Of a stretch of 64,000 nucleotides of DNA, positions 50,870 through 64,000 are shown piece by piece. Within the stretch, counting starts at the first letter, position 1. Each line of letters begins with the position of its first letter. The notes beneath the pieces are model-generated. The model was not told where the DNA came from. It was given only the letters and a program-made list of their open reading frames with translations, and did not search any database. A program made the position numbers and the translations under genes. This DNA comes from Lytechinus pictus (lineage: Eukaryota), in assembly GCF_037042905.1 (NCBI RefSeq), contig NC_087245.1:43712001-43776000 (forward strand). The letters are read 5' to 3'.

Positions 50870-53800
50870 TACCACGAAAATCGACAAATAGTTACTAAAT
50901 CGCTATTCGTATTATGGGAGCCAGATCAAAGTTGAAGGGTTCAAAAATCTTTGTTAATGATGATCTGACTCCCACAAGACAGAAGCTACTTTTCAATGTT
51001 CGTCACTCACCGAAAGTTGAGCGGTCTTGGAGCAACGATGGAAAAACTTTCGCTGGACTTAAGAACACGGGAGGCGGACTTACGAAAAAACTCATCACAT
51101 GTGATGATGATATTTTGAAGCTTTGAATTGTAATTAATGTCTATTGTAGAATATCATGCTGACCTATATTCCCACTTTGAAAAAAATGTTATTTCCTTGC
51201 AAGCCAAATCCCATGACAACCCAAAGTTACTTCGTTTTTTTCCATTCAACTTTCCTTTTAATTTTCATTTGTGTTTTTTTTCTTTCATTGTTATTTCTAT
51301 TGCAATCTCTAATCATCTTTTTCTTTTTTTCATTTGCATTTGTAATTTATATAATATGTTCATCTTATTTTATATACATTATTGTATGTTTTTCTCTTAT
51401 ATAGTATGTGTGTATCTTGACAATCTTCCTTTTCATGCTGACATGTTCTTTATGTGGCAAACAGTTAAATTTCACTTGAAATTGTATACTCAACATCCAA
51501 ATGATTAGTATGGAAGAAGCCATTTGTAGCTCCTTAGAACATAATTCAAGAATACTAGAGCTTAGTGATACTGATGATTTAGGACATGCTTCTGCAATTA
51601 ACTGTCAATACTATTCAGAAAATCAGTTTATTAATAGTTTTCGAGACAATCTTGAAATTGCTACTGTCTTGCATTTAAATATGAGAAGTATGCCTAGGAA
51701 CTTTGATGCATTTAGTACACTAATTGAAAAATTTGAAGATAGTAAAACAGTGATTGGAGTCACTGAGACCTGGTTCTCGAGTGAGAATGACTTAAATCTT
51801 TATCATATTCCTGGTCATAATCTTGTGTCTAATCATAGTTATGCTAAAAAAGGAGGTGGAGTTGCTTTATATATTCCAGATTCAGTGGACTTTCAATTAA
51901 GGGATGAGCTAAATATGATGGCTGAGCATATGGAATCAATATTCGCAGAGTGCTTCATTCCAGGAAAAAGAAATGTTTTATTTGGAGTTGTGTATAGACC
52001 CACTCAGAGTAACTTAGAGAGTTTTGTGAACGAAATGCATAGTATTCTTTCAAACCCACTTTTCGTAAACAAAACAATTTTCATAATGGGTGATTATAAC
52101 ATAAACCTCCTTCAGTGTGATGAAAACTATCATTATGATGCGTTTCTTAATATGATGCTGTCCTTTTCCTTAATGCCATTAATTATTAAACCAACAAGGG
52201 TAACTGAAACTTCATCTACGCTCATAGATAACATTTTCTGTAATAAACAACCTTTTCCATCCTCAGGGATTATTGTATCAGATATTTCAGATCATTTCCC
52301 AATCTTCGCTCGTCTAAGCTTGGATAAAGTCTGTAAACAAGAATCCAAATCAATTCGAAAAAAACACTTCCGCTAATATCGCAAAGCTGCGGGCAGCCTT
52401 GATAGAAACTGACTGGAGTGAAGTTCTTAAAGAAAATGATGTGAACATATCGTTTAAAAGGTTCTTACAAAAATCCATGTCTCTGTATAATAAAAATGTA
52501 CCAGTTGTAAAGCAAAGTAGAAGAAATCGTAAAAATGTTCCTATTATGCCATGGGTTAGTGCTTCTTTGTTGAGATCCATTAACAGGAAAAACAAGCTGT
52601 ATTATTCGTATAAAGTGCGTGGTACCGAATCTTCACGTAAACGTTATGTAAATTATAAAAATACGCTTACTTCAGTCCTTCGTACTGCAAAGAAAACATA
52701 TTATCGCACTCAATTTCAGGCAACAAGAAACGATATCAAGGGAACTTGGAAAGTGATTAAGAAAGTATTCAAGTCAAAGGAAAAGATATCTCATGTAAAG
52801 AGTATTGAAATTAACGGTCATGTGGTGGAAGAAAGGAATATTATTGCAGACAACTTTAACGATTACTTTTGCAGCATTGGTCCAAAACTTTCACGGGCAG
52901 TGCCACTTTCTCAGCAGACTTACAGAGATTTTATGAAAGAGCAAAATAGTAAAAGTTTATTTTTCTTACCAGTAGTTCGGGAAGAACTGCTTACCATTGT
53001 GAAATCTCTTAAAAACGGAAAAGTCCTGGTTATGATGGGGTTTCTAACAACTTAATTAAAGAAATTATCTTAGGAATTATTCAACCCCTACTTCATGTCT
53101 TTAATCTATCAATGTCATGTGGGAAAGTTCCTACTGACATGAAAATTGCGAAGGTCGTACCCATTTTTAAGAAAGGAGACCCTCAATGCCTGAATAATTA
53201 CAGACCTGTTTCTCTATTGACTGCATTCTCAAAGATTCTTGAGAAAGTGATCTATGTTAGAACTTTGAAATTTTTCAACAAGAGTAATTTATTTTCTAAA
53301 TTTCAGTTTGGCTTTCGCGAGAAACATACCACCACCCATGCCTTGCTACATTTTATTGATAAAGTATCACAATCCATAGACAAAAAGATGCATACAATTG
53401 GTATATTTCTTGATTATTCGAAAGCTTTTGACACAGTAGATCATGATATTTTGACTGGCAAGTTATCACATTATGGTATCAGGGGTACAGCATTGGACTG
53501 GTTCAAGAGTTACTTAGCTGACAGGAAACAATTTGTCTCAATAAAGGATGCTGAGTCAGGTTTACAGAATGTCACTTGTGGTGTTCCCCAGGGATCCCTC
53601 CTTGGTCCGTTATTATTTATTGTGTATATTAATGATTTTCACTATTCCTCTGATATTTTATCGTTCATTTTATTTGCAGATGATTCAAGTTTGTATCATT
53701 CCCACAGAAATCCTGAGACCCTTTAAAAACAGTTAATAGTGAACTGAGGAAAGTCACTTTGTGGATTCAAGCAAATAAATTATCTCTAAATATGCAGAAA

Positions 53801-55125
53801 ACAAATTATATGCTCTTTAGCAACACGATAAGAGAAGTTCCAGGTGATGTTATATTTAATGATGTGTTAATAGATAGAGTAAAGACGACCAAATTTCTGG
53901 GGTTGCATATAGATGAAAAACTGATTTGGAAAACCCATATAAATCATCTATGTAAGACATTATAAAAAAATAGTGGTGTAATATACAAATTGAAATCCTT
54001 TTTCTCTACTGATATTCTTTGTATGATGTATTCAACACTAATTTTCCCGTATCTCAATTACGGTGTTCTTGCATGGGGTAATTCTCTTAAAACCAATCTA
54101 GAAAGGGTGTACTTGATTCAGAAAAGAGTTTTAAGAATTGTTTGTAATGTTAACTATCGCTCGCTTACTACCCCACTTTTTTATGAGCATATAATTCTAA
54201 AATTACTCTGGTCACAATGTTCATGAAAAATAGTGACATACATAACTATTATACACGAAATGCTTCTGCATTCCACTTACCCAAGTTACATACAAGTTTT
54301 GCTTTTAGGACAATTGTAAATACAGGACCCAGGTTCTGGAACTCTCTCAATTCAAATATAAAAAAATCGGTAAGCATTTATACTTTTCAGCGTGTACTTA
54401 AAGGTTATCTTCTTAATTGTTATTTGTGAGTTGCTCTAGGTTAAGATATGCTTTTATATACTATGTTATTTTTAATTTTGGAGCCTATAAAACTGTATAT
54501 AAGACTGGAGAATGTTATGATATATCAATATATATTTATCTTGTATCTTGTCTAACGATTTTCCTTTTGTATTATTTTCTTGTGTTTCTTTTACCTTTGT
54601 CATGTTTTGTTTTTTTACTTTACTATTATTATTTATACATACGATCGACCTCTTTTTTTCATGCCATGTTATCCATACTTATTTCCTCTTCCATCATATA
54701 TCACTTAATTATATCATATTGTTGTTAGTTTATTAGACTTCATAACTGTACATTCAAGCAATGTATTCTATTAGTGTGTGTTTTTTGTCATTGATTAGTT
54801 TTAGTTTGTCTTTTTTTTATATTGTTGCATTTTTTTTTTCTTTTGTATATTTAAAGATATTACATGTCAACACTGAATACTATTCAGTCATGTACTTGAA
54901 ACAAAGGAGACCCTAGCCTTACAAGCCTTGCTTTTTCAGGGGTTCTCCTTGTCCTTCTCTCAATACGTTTAGTTATTTGCTATGTTTCTTTTTTTTCTAC
55001 TGTAACAATGATTTATGGTTAATTGATTTTTTTTCATTTGTAGAATGTGAAATCACACTTGTAAGATAAAATGTATGTGCAGAAAGAAAGACGAATAAAT
55101 ATCTTATCTTATCTTATCTTATCTT
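50870..55125 (+). mobile_element. 5'-truncated, decayed CR1/L2-group (Crack-like) LINE
   Basis: ORF1 tail (KLKGSKIFVNDDLT...SWSNDGK). ORF2 at 51501-54429 has APE motifs (IGVTETW, GVVYRP, MGDYN, LIDNIF, SDHFPI) and RT motifs (NYRPVSLL, QFGFR, FLDYSKAFDTV, GVPQGSLLGP, FADD), broken by frameshifts and stops. 3' hairpin at about 54906-54949, then AATAAA and an (ATCTT)5 tail at 55101-55125. Confidence 0.95.
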
Positions 55126-56820
55126 AAATTTGTAAATGAAAAAAATACAATACTTGTGAGGTGGATTTGAATAACAGAGAAAAAAATATATAGAAGCATA
55201 GTGTTTTGAATTTCATCAAACTCGGATGTAATTCAATTCAATTAGGTTCATTGCCAAAAAAAAACATGAATGGCAGTCACAGACTGACTTGTACATGTTC
55301 ACACAATGCCAGTAAAATATAATATAAAAATTATTAGAATTATTAAGATTCACACTGAATATACAATTAAAATTGTATATGTGCAGTTAAAAATAGAATT
55401 AAAAGGGATAAAAAGATAGATAGCACAATATTGTTAGAGTTATCACACAAATTACAAAATATTAAGCATGGTATTTGTTTAATAATCTTGTAAAATAAGA
55501 AAGCATTTTCTTTTAAGATTGGCCTATTTTCACAAAGCGAACACAGGCGTTTTGCAAGTGAGAGAACTAAACCGACGAAATCACACACTCACTATATAAT
55601 TTTGTGCGTTATTACGTGAAATATGAAATGTTTCAAATTCTCTCCGTTCACAATGAAAAACCATAGTGTAATTCATCTGATGAACATGTAAATATTATAG
55701 GAAGGTAAATGGAAGAAAAATATATATCCAGTCAAGGATTGTGTGGAGGGAGGGGGGGGGGGGGTCTGGGCACATGCAGCCCAGCTCGCCGGTCCCTATT
55801 TTCACTTTATTTTGCAGTAATTCCCACGACCACACGACCGTCTCTGAACCGGACCTAACTCCTATACACAGGTACATAAACCCCTGGTTGATCAATCAAA
55901 GCATGACGTAATTTGAGTAGAAAAAGCGGGTAACAAAAAGAGAAAAGTGATGTAAAGTGCCATTAAAAGAGGGATTTTCCATGTATAATACAGAAGATAA
56001 ATGTTATGATTACTTTCATAAATCTTTCAGAACACTCCTCAAATCTTACCTCATTAAGCAGTCCTCTTAATTCCTTATCCTGTTCTCTCTCACTGTATTT
56101 TGTTACTTCTTTTTTTTCTCTCTTTCCAATGCGCTTAGAAACTGTTGTATTAAGCGCTATATAAATGTTAATTATTATTATTATTATAAAGCGCTTTTGT
56201 TTTGAATGATAATTTTCATACTCTTAATCTACGACTTATGAAAAAAAAACATATTATGTTTATTATGTCATGACAATGTATCACATGAATCGTATGAATA
56301 AAAAGAAAAAAAAAACAATACAATAAAGTCCAATCAAATGTAATCGGAATTAATCTGCGGAACAGTGATGCAAGATGAACAAAGTATATGAAGCCTGTTG
56401 TTTAGAATGTGATGTTGATTCGAGGTACAAGCAAGGCAAGTACACACTTAAAATGTTGGGCAACATATATTGTCCACTGTGTTATATATTCTGGGCAATT
56501 ATTATCCAATTTAGCAAATTTATTACCCAATAATTAGTTTTTATTACCCAATTTGGACAGACTTTAACCAATAGTTATGTGGACAGTATATGTTGCTTAG
56601 GGTTGGGTAAAAGTTAGGCATTTTTTGCCCAACTATTTTAAGAGTGTAGTTAAAAATTACACACGGACCTTTATCACATATCAGTGGAAGTATAAACTAT
56701 AGACCGATCAATAATTTTGATATTGCAAACTGGCATGATTCAATCACCCTACCCAAGTTACCTGCCTTAAATTGACTAGAACCTGGTATATACTGTATGA
56801 CCATGTTCCGTCTTACAAAA

Positions 56821-58840
56821 GGTGGTTTCAGACCGCCTCGAAGTTCGCCAGTTCCAGGTATTCTCTGATCGGGAAATTTACCCCGATCAGAAAATACCAG
56901 GTATTTTGGCGGTGTGAAAGCAAACTACGCGTAATATCCCCGAAAGAAAATACCCGATAAATAGTAGGTACTTGGCGAAATTACGAGAACTTTCGCGGGG
57001 ATTTTTCCAAGGTCGTGGGTATTTTGGCGGTCTGAAAGCAAATTACGGGAACTTTTAGCCCAGCGTGTCGTTGGGTGCGGCGCCGTGCATGGGTTGCTGC
57101 TGGGCTAGTGATTTTGAATTTCGCGCCTTGCTGCTCAGTTATCAGACCATACTGCGCATGCTCGTAACTTCAGGAACTTATCCCGAAGGGTATGTTTCAG
57201 GGCGGTGTGAATGCAGGAATAATTATTAGGTGGTTTCAGACCGCCTCGAAGTTCGCCAGTTCCAGGTATTCTCTGATCGGGAAATTTACGCCGATCAGAA
57301 AATACCAGGTATTTTGTCGGTGTGAAAGCAAACTACGCGTAATATCCCCGAAAGAAAATACCCGATAAATAGTAGGTACTTGGCGAAATTACGAGAACTT
57401 TCGCGGGGATTTTTCCAAGGTCGTGGGTATTTTGGCGGTCTGAAAGCAAATTACGGGAACTTTTAGCCCAGCGTGTCGTTGGGTGCGGCGCCGTGCATGG
57501 GTTGCTGCTGGGCTAGTGATTTTGAATTTCGCGCCTTGCTGCTTATCAGACCATACTGCGCATGCTCGTAACTTCAGGAACTTATCCCGAAGGGTATTTT
57601 TCAGGGCGGTGTGAATGCAGGAATAATTAATGGGTATTTTTCAGCCTAAAAAAGTTCTCGTAATTTAACGGGGATTCTTGTGATCGAGGCGGTTTGAAAC
57701 CACCTAATGGGTATTTTTCAGCCTAAAAAGTTCTCGTAATTTAACGGCGATTCTTGTGATCGAGGCGGTTTGAAACCACCTATTGAGTTACGATAGAGCC
57801 AATCAATCTCAACTGTATATGGAAATCCATACCTTTTTTACAAAAGAAATTTGTACAATCTCCTCAGTAAACAAAAGGTGGTTTCAGACCGCCTCGAAGT
57901 TCGTCAGTTCCAGGTATTCTCTGATCGGGAAATTTACCCCGATCAGAAAATACCAGGTATTTTGGTAATGTGAAAGCAAACTACGCGTAATTTCCCCGAA
58001 AGAAAATACCCGCTAAATAGTAGGTACTTGGCGAAATTACGAGGACTTTCGCGGGGATTTTTCCAAGGTCGCAGGTATTTTGGCGATGTGAAAGCAAATT
58101 ACGGGAACTTTTAGCCCAGCGTGTCGTTGGGTGCGGCGCCGTGGGTGGCTGCTGGGCTAGTAGTTTTGAATCTCGCGCCTTGCCTGCTTATTAGACCATA
58201 CTGCGCATGCTCCTAACTTCAGGAATTTATCCCGAAGTGTATGTTTCGGGGCGGTGTGAATGCAGGAATAATTAATGGGTATTTTTTAGCCTAAAAATGT
58301 TCTCGTAATTTAACGGGGATTCTTGTGATCGAGGCGGTTTGAAACCACCTATTGAGAATCACACTAGGGGGTTTTAGACCGCCTCGAAGTTCGTCAGTTC
58401 CAGGTATTCTCTGATCGGGAAATTTACCCCGATCAGAAAATACCAGGTATTTTGGTAATGTGAAAGCAAACTACGCGTAATTTCCCCGAAAGAAAATACC
58501 CGCTAAATAGTAGGTACTTGGCGAAACTACGATAACTTTCGCGGGGATTTTTCCAAGGTCGCAGGTATTTTGGCAATGTGAAAGCAAATTACGGGAACTT
58601 TTAGCCCAGCGTGTCGTTTGGGCGCGGGCGCCGTGGGTGGCTGCTGGGCTAGTGGTTTTGAATCTCGCGCCTTGCCTGCTTATTAGACCATACTGCGCAT
58701 GCTCCTAACTTCAGGAATTTATCTCGAAGGGTATGTTTCGGGGCGGTGTGAATGCAGGAATAATTAATGGGTATTTTTTAGCCTAAAATGTTCTCGTAAT
58801 TTAACGGGGATTCTTGTGATCGAGGCGGTTTGAAACCGCC
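56821..58840 (+). mobile_element. Cluster of four Harbinger-like MITEs of about 475 bp
   Basis: TIRs GGTGGTTTCAGACCGCCTCGA and TCGAGGCGGTTTGAAACCACC. Copies at 56821-57780 (interrupted), 57229-57704, 57877-58349 and 58367-58840. Confidence 0.88.
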
Positions 58841-58884
58841 TACTGAGTTTCCAAGAGAATGATCAATGTATGCATATACATCAC

Positions 58885-60905
58885 CGTATCAGGACAACTA
58901 CCCCTTGGACAATTACCCCCCCCCCCCCGGACAAATACCCCTGACAATTACCCCTGAGGACAATAACCCCCCCCCCGGACAATCACCCCTGGACAATTAC
59001 CCCAGAAAACATTTACCACCGGGAACAATTATTAACCCCCCCCCCCCCCGAGGACAATAACCCCCAAGACAAAGGGAGTGCACAGAGTCATACGAGTACG
59101 TTTGACTTAAGAAGTACTCAAAGCATTCTTGAGTATCTTGGAATCAAACGAACGCCAGCTGTAAAAAGTGAGCTCCATCTGCAAATCCTTACGAAACCCA
59201 GAATTCGATCATAATTTTTATGTCACCGTAGCATAAGATCATTCGTTTTGGCAATCTTCGCAGTGGCGTAGCTACGGGGGCCAGGGGGCACGTGCCTCCC
59301 ATGAAATTTGATGTGTGCCCCCCCCCCGAAATAATTGACGGAGCCAAAAAAAGGGGGGGGGGAAGAAAGAAAAAAAGAAGGGGAAAGATAGAAGAAAAAA
59401 GGAGAGGAAAATAAAAGGAGGAAGAGGAGGGAATAATATACGGTGAGGGGAAGACTTTCTTTTTATGTCACTATATAAAATTTTCGCTCACGCTTTGCGC
59501 TCGCATTGCCTGTTCGATGAGATTCATATCTTGCTCAATATAGGCTGATAGAGAGCTTAAAATATCAATTTTTGAAGTCAATATACAAAACATATTTTTA
59601 GCTCGGATATCGAGCTTTCATTATTTTTTCATTTACAAATTGATTTTTTCAAGTGCTCTGTAAAATGTCCGTTTTATAGTCTGAATATTAATATTTTCAG
59701 CTCACACTGCGCGGTCGCATTATTTGATTATGCCAAGTTCCTATTGTTTAGTACATGTATATGTATATATTTCTTTATAAATTCTCACAAATCGTCCTTA
59801 AAATTCACCTTAAACGAATGGTATACTATCATGATTTCCAATTTGTATGAAAAAACACTATTTGATTATGTTATATTGTTTACAATTTAGTAATTTTGGT
59901 ACTTTCCTTCTTCAACGTTTAATTGCTTTCACCCTAAAATAATACGCACAAAAACACCATTTATGGTCTAAATGGTAAAATTACAAGGTGTTCTTGTGTG
60001 TATTATCATTGCATAAAGTTTTTTTTTAGCTTACATGTATTAAGTTATAAAGCCACATCTTAATCTGGAATGTGCACCAATTGTTTCATAATTCTTAGCT
60101 TCTTGTTAGTTGAATTGTTTTAAAATAGCAGGATTATAGGTCCTACTTGACAGTGTTAGTGTTGATAGTTGCGTATCGACTTTCAATATTTCTACCTATG
60201 AAGGTGTCTTTTTTACGTTTTATCTATTTGCCTGATATCTTTCCTGAAATAAAACCCAAAATAAATGTTTAAAAAATCAGATCAGTTGGAATCAGAGATA
60301 TTCATCATTTGTGATTATTATGTCCAATTGTGTTCAATTGTTCAATGAAAACTTAGTATGAGGGCCAGTTTACATATTTTTTGATGCAAATATGCGTAGC
60401 CAAACGGAGGTTTGGGGTGCAAGCCCCTTCCCCATTTTTCATGATGCAGAAGGTGCTGCTAAACAAAAAAGGTAATAAAAAAGTGGTAAAGGAAGGAAAC
60501 TGAAAAAGCAAGGAAAAAAGAAGAAAGTGAGAGAGAGAAAAGGAGAAAGAGCAATATAAAAGAGAAAGAGAAAGTTATTAATGTAAGATAAAGTAGAAAA
60601 TATTTCGAAAACCTGTGCCACCGGCCAAGACTTACAATGGGTCCCGCTTGATTCTACCATCGATGCCGGAGAGAAGGGGGATTCCAGTGGGTAATCGTCC
60701 TGGGTTACATGTCCTCAGAAGTAATTGTTTGGGGGTGATTGTCCGGGGGTAATTGTCGGGGGGGGGGGTAATTGTCCTCGGGGGTAATTGTCCGGGGGTA
60801 ATTGTCCTCGGGGGTAATTGTCCTCAGGGGGTAATTGTCTGGGGGTGATTGTCCTCGGGGGTAATTGTCCGGGGGTGATTGTCGGGGGGTAATTGTCCTA
60901 GAACC
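58885..60905. mobile_element. Foldback/MULE-like element with GGACAATTACCCC modular arms and a 1.6-kb interior
   Basis: Inverted arrays at 58892-59070 and 60715-60900. Perfect 9-bp TSD ATACATCAC (58876-58884 and 60906-60914). Confidence 0.85.
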
Positions 60906-61907
60906 ATACATCACATCTAAAAAATGTTTTGAACAAACATACATTTTAGACTAGATGTTTGCGTTGCTGGCTTTCCATAGTTGTGGTTGATCGAATCAAT
61001 GGCAACTCTTTGTAAGAAGAGGCCCAGATCGCCTGTAGCATGATTCAATCGACGGTAATAAAATCAAGGACTTACGGGGAGTGAGTATACCACCGGATGG
61101 CAAAGTTCCCCCAAAAGTATGTTTTATGCAACGGGCACAGGATGTAATTCTTATACATTTTGTCAATGTTGCTTATAATTTTGATTGGTATCACTTACTT
61201 TTTTCTTTTTCCAACATATGCTGATTCCTTTTGCAACCGAGGTTCTTTAATTTCTGGCGATTAAAAAAGATATTCAATTATTCAAGTTTCTATATTTTCA
61301 CTGCTTCCTAACTGAGTTTATTTTCTTAAGAATAGTAAAATTATCGGGCTCGAAAAGAAGCTTTTTATTAACCTCATTTACCTATCATTATTTATGTATT
61401 TTTTGAGAAGGGGGGTATTTTTTTTAATGTTGATTTGACAAATAAATCAAAATGAAACAAGCATAACTCTGACAATGTCATCAAAGTAAGATGTCAAAGA
61501 AAAGAGTTGTGACAATTAAAAGTTTTACTTCACCGTATTTCACAAAACGGCGCAGCTCAATTAACTTTATGACGTCACACACAATTTCTTTTGTAATATT
61601 TCATTAGATAAATACTTTTCAAATACTGATAAAAAAGCTCTTCGTAGATTCATAGTTAACTACAATAGTGGTTATTTTATACACATTTATGGAGCCGTCA
61701 AATAATTTAAAAACCTTTTTAAGAGAAGATACATTGAACCAATAAAAAATGAAAGTTATATCGGCACTATAATCGAATTCGACAATAAAAAAAATCATTA
61801 TAGGTAACTGCTAGAACAACTGTGAGCCAGCACTATTCTTGTCAAAATTGAGTCAAATTGAATAGGAACTGACTACCTCTTAACCTTGTACTATCTTCAT
61901 TAATTAG

Positions 61908-62040
61908 ATTGACGGAATCTGAGAGGATGCCTAAAGCTAAGCAACCTAGAACTCGCCACTTGACCTTCAATGCTAGTCATGAACTGAACGAGGAAGATCT
62001 GTCATTCCTTAGGGTCGTATCGATGGGTAATCTCCCAAAG
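61908..62040 (+). CDS. TRPC-family (short transient receptor potential) channel, N-terminal exon
   Basis: LTESERMPKAKQPRTRHLTFNASHELNEEDLSFLRVVSMGNLPK, resembling TRPC L..EE..FL.AAE.GN.P. AG acceptor at 61906-61907, AAG|gtagg donor, in-frame ATG at 61927. Confidence 0.75.
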
Positions 62041-62924
62041 GTAGGTGATTTTTTTTCCTATTTTCTATTTCCTCTTTCCTATTTGAATATGATCCATGTT
62101 AGCAAGTATACATGAATACATTACCCAACCATATGAAGTGCTCACCTAAAATGTTAAATATAATATTACCTAGTTTGATAACCTTGTTGAAATTGGAGAA
62201 AGTAATCAATGAATTGCATATCAAATGAAATCATAATCTTAACCTTGCTATGTGATAGGAACTCATTGAAACGTTTTTGTATGTTGGGGCAAGTTTATTG
62301 AATATATACGTTTCTCCTTAATATTTCCCAAATTTCAGATAATTGCAATAAACTCACCTAATGCATGTGCTATTTTAAACACTGCTATGACTTATTTAAA
62401 AGTAATATTATGTTTATTGTCATGTTCAAAGTGTAGATTGCATTGTTATTGCTGCATTGTGTATTATATTATTTGTTGTCTTTATTTTTTTGCACGGCAA
62501 AAAAATACAAACAAGACGAATTTCCATTTATGGACAATAAATAAATACTTATACTTATTTTAATATCGGACAAAGTTGTGTTTTGTTTAACTTCTACCAA
62601 TCTTAACAATATTTATGGCGAGCTTTCATCATCTCCTGTGCAGTGGACTTTCCAAGCCGAGTGATCAGTAACACACAATGCTGCCTGAGATCTGAACCTC
62701 CATATCCAGAGTCTCTATTAAGTATTGGGTTAATCACAAACAAAATATTTAAGAATGAACGCTTTTTATTAGGACATTTTCGGTGTGAATACCTTCCCAA
62801 AATATTCAACTTTGGAATTTTATTTGCATTTGATCGGAAGTTTATTAAGTTTGTGGATAATTCTAATAATGAAATTCGAGGTGCTAACAGAAGGAACATA
62901 AATGAACTCCGCTATAGGGTTATT

Positions 62925-62976
62925 TCTACTTCTTCTACTACTGCTGCTGCTACTACTACTGCTACTTTTACTACTG

Positions 62977-63015
<39 letters not shown>

Positions 63016-63018
63016 ATT

Positions 63019-63081
<63 letters not shown>

Positions 63082-63745
63082 ATCCTACTACTACTACTAG
63101 CAGTAGTAATAGTATTATATACACTCCAAAAACACTGAGTAAAATTTTACACAATATTGGGTAGAAAGGGAACATGCATGTTTGCTGAGTATTTTTTTAA
63201 CCCTATATTGGGCTAAGTGCATTTTTTAAGAATAAATTTCCACGCAACAATGCGTAAAACTTACAAACTATTTGGTATCATTTTACCTAACCAACATGCA
63301 TTTTTCCATTTTACCCAATATTGGGTAATCTTTTTTTAGAGTGTACTACTACTACTCCTACTTCTACCTCTACTTGTACTACTGCTACTACTCACTAGCG
63401 TACCTACGTACGGGGGGGGGGGGCAGGGGGGGGGGCACTCTGCCCCCCCTGACGAGCCACAACCCATACAAAAGTCATATACCTGCCCCCCCCCCCCCTG
63501 ACAAACTTAAAAGCCCTTTTTTTTTTTTTTTTTTTTTGCTTGTCAAATTTTTTTCTGGTACGAAAACCTAACTTTTTTTATTGAAGACCTTTTTTTTTTA
63601 CTACTACTACTACTACTACTACTACTACATGTATTACGGTAATTACCGCTAGCACCGCTAGTAGTAGTAGTAGTAGTAGACGTAGTAGTAGTAGTAGTGG
63701 TAGTATTAGTGGGAGTAGAAGTAGTAGTTGAAGTAGTGATGCTAC
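62925..63745. repeat. (CTA/CTG)n microsatellite field split by two MITE insertions, switching to (TAG)n near 63660
   Basis: Direct reading. Explains the spurious poly-T, poly-L and poly-V ORFs. Confidence 0.92.
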
Positions 63746-63823
63746 AAGTACGACTACTGTACTGCTTTCATGGCTATAGCTAGAAACTGTAATTTTACAG
63801 CATTGTTCCTTTTTTCATCACAG

Positions 63824-64000
63824 GTACGGGAAATTATGGAGTCTAGCGATGATCCCAAAAAAATGATGGACATGACAGACTTCAAAGACTGCACAGCGCT
63901 CGAGATTGCGACCGAGGTGGAGCACTCTGAGATCGTAGAATACCTGGTGCAAAATTTCGGTACACTCATGGACGAAATGCACATCCACGAATGTCTCATG
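63824..64000 (+). CDS. TRPC-family channel, ankyrin-repeat exon (runs off the window)
   Basis: tttttcatcacag acceptor, phase 0. Encodes VREIMESSDDPKKMMDMTDFKDCTALEIATEVEHSEIVEYLVQNFG..., matching the TRPC pattern VRKMLE...NCVD..G.NALQLAV.NEHLEVTELLL. Confidence 0.78.

Noticed and set aside
51501..54429. Active reverse transcriptase or domesticated gene
   Set aside because: Multiple frameshifts and stops plus 5' truncation indicate an ordinary dead LINE copy.
58866..60944. Pro-rich PPDNYP ORFs
   Set aside because: Translations of the foldback arm modules.
62643..63175. Poly-Thr, poly-Leu and poly-Val ORFs (mucin- or membrane-like)
   Set aside because: Translations of a (CTA)n microsatellite joined to a probable LINE fragment, inside the TRPC intron.

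Overview
AT-rich, intron-containing animal genomic DNA. Its repeat content resembles a sea urchin or other echinoderm, but that taxon call is inference. Three spliced genes can be read. (1) The first four coding exons of SPAG1 on the minus strand (12565 to 8783); the rest of the gene was not found in the window. (2) A complete three-coding-exon MEA1 on the plus strand (38513-41367, 228 aa), divergent from SPAG1. (3) The 5' ankyrin-repeat exons of a TRPC-type channel running off the right edge (61908-64000). The rest is mostly non-autonomous DNA transposons (hAT-, Kolobok-, Harbinger-, Tc1/pogo-, piggyBac-, MULE/foldback- and Helentron/HINE-like), two decayed LINEs and SINEs. The most notable observation is a SINE at 22712-22964 (minus strand). 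Its head matches the 5' Alu domain of 7SL RNA and is followed by a B box, a Nin/Deu-like core and a (CA)n tail; a second, 5'-truncated copy lies at 19517-19606. To my knowledge 7SL-derived SINEs have been reported only in Euarchontoglires and hagfish. Also notable: an inverted duplication of an NRF1-motif-bearing segment between SPAG1 and MEA1, an ATG-less copy of MEA1's first coding exon, satellite arrays in which every unit carries a perfect nuclear-receptor DR1 site, and several nested transposon stacks. All homology calls are from recalled sequences and manual alignment; no searches were run.
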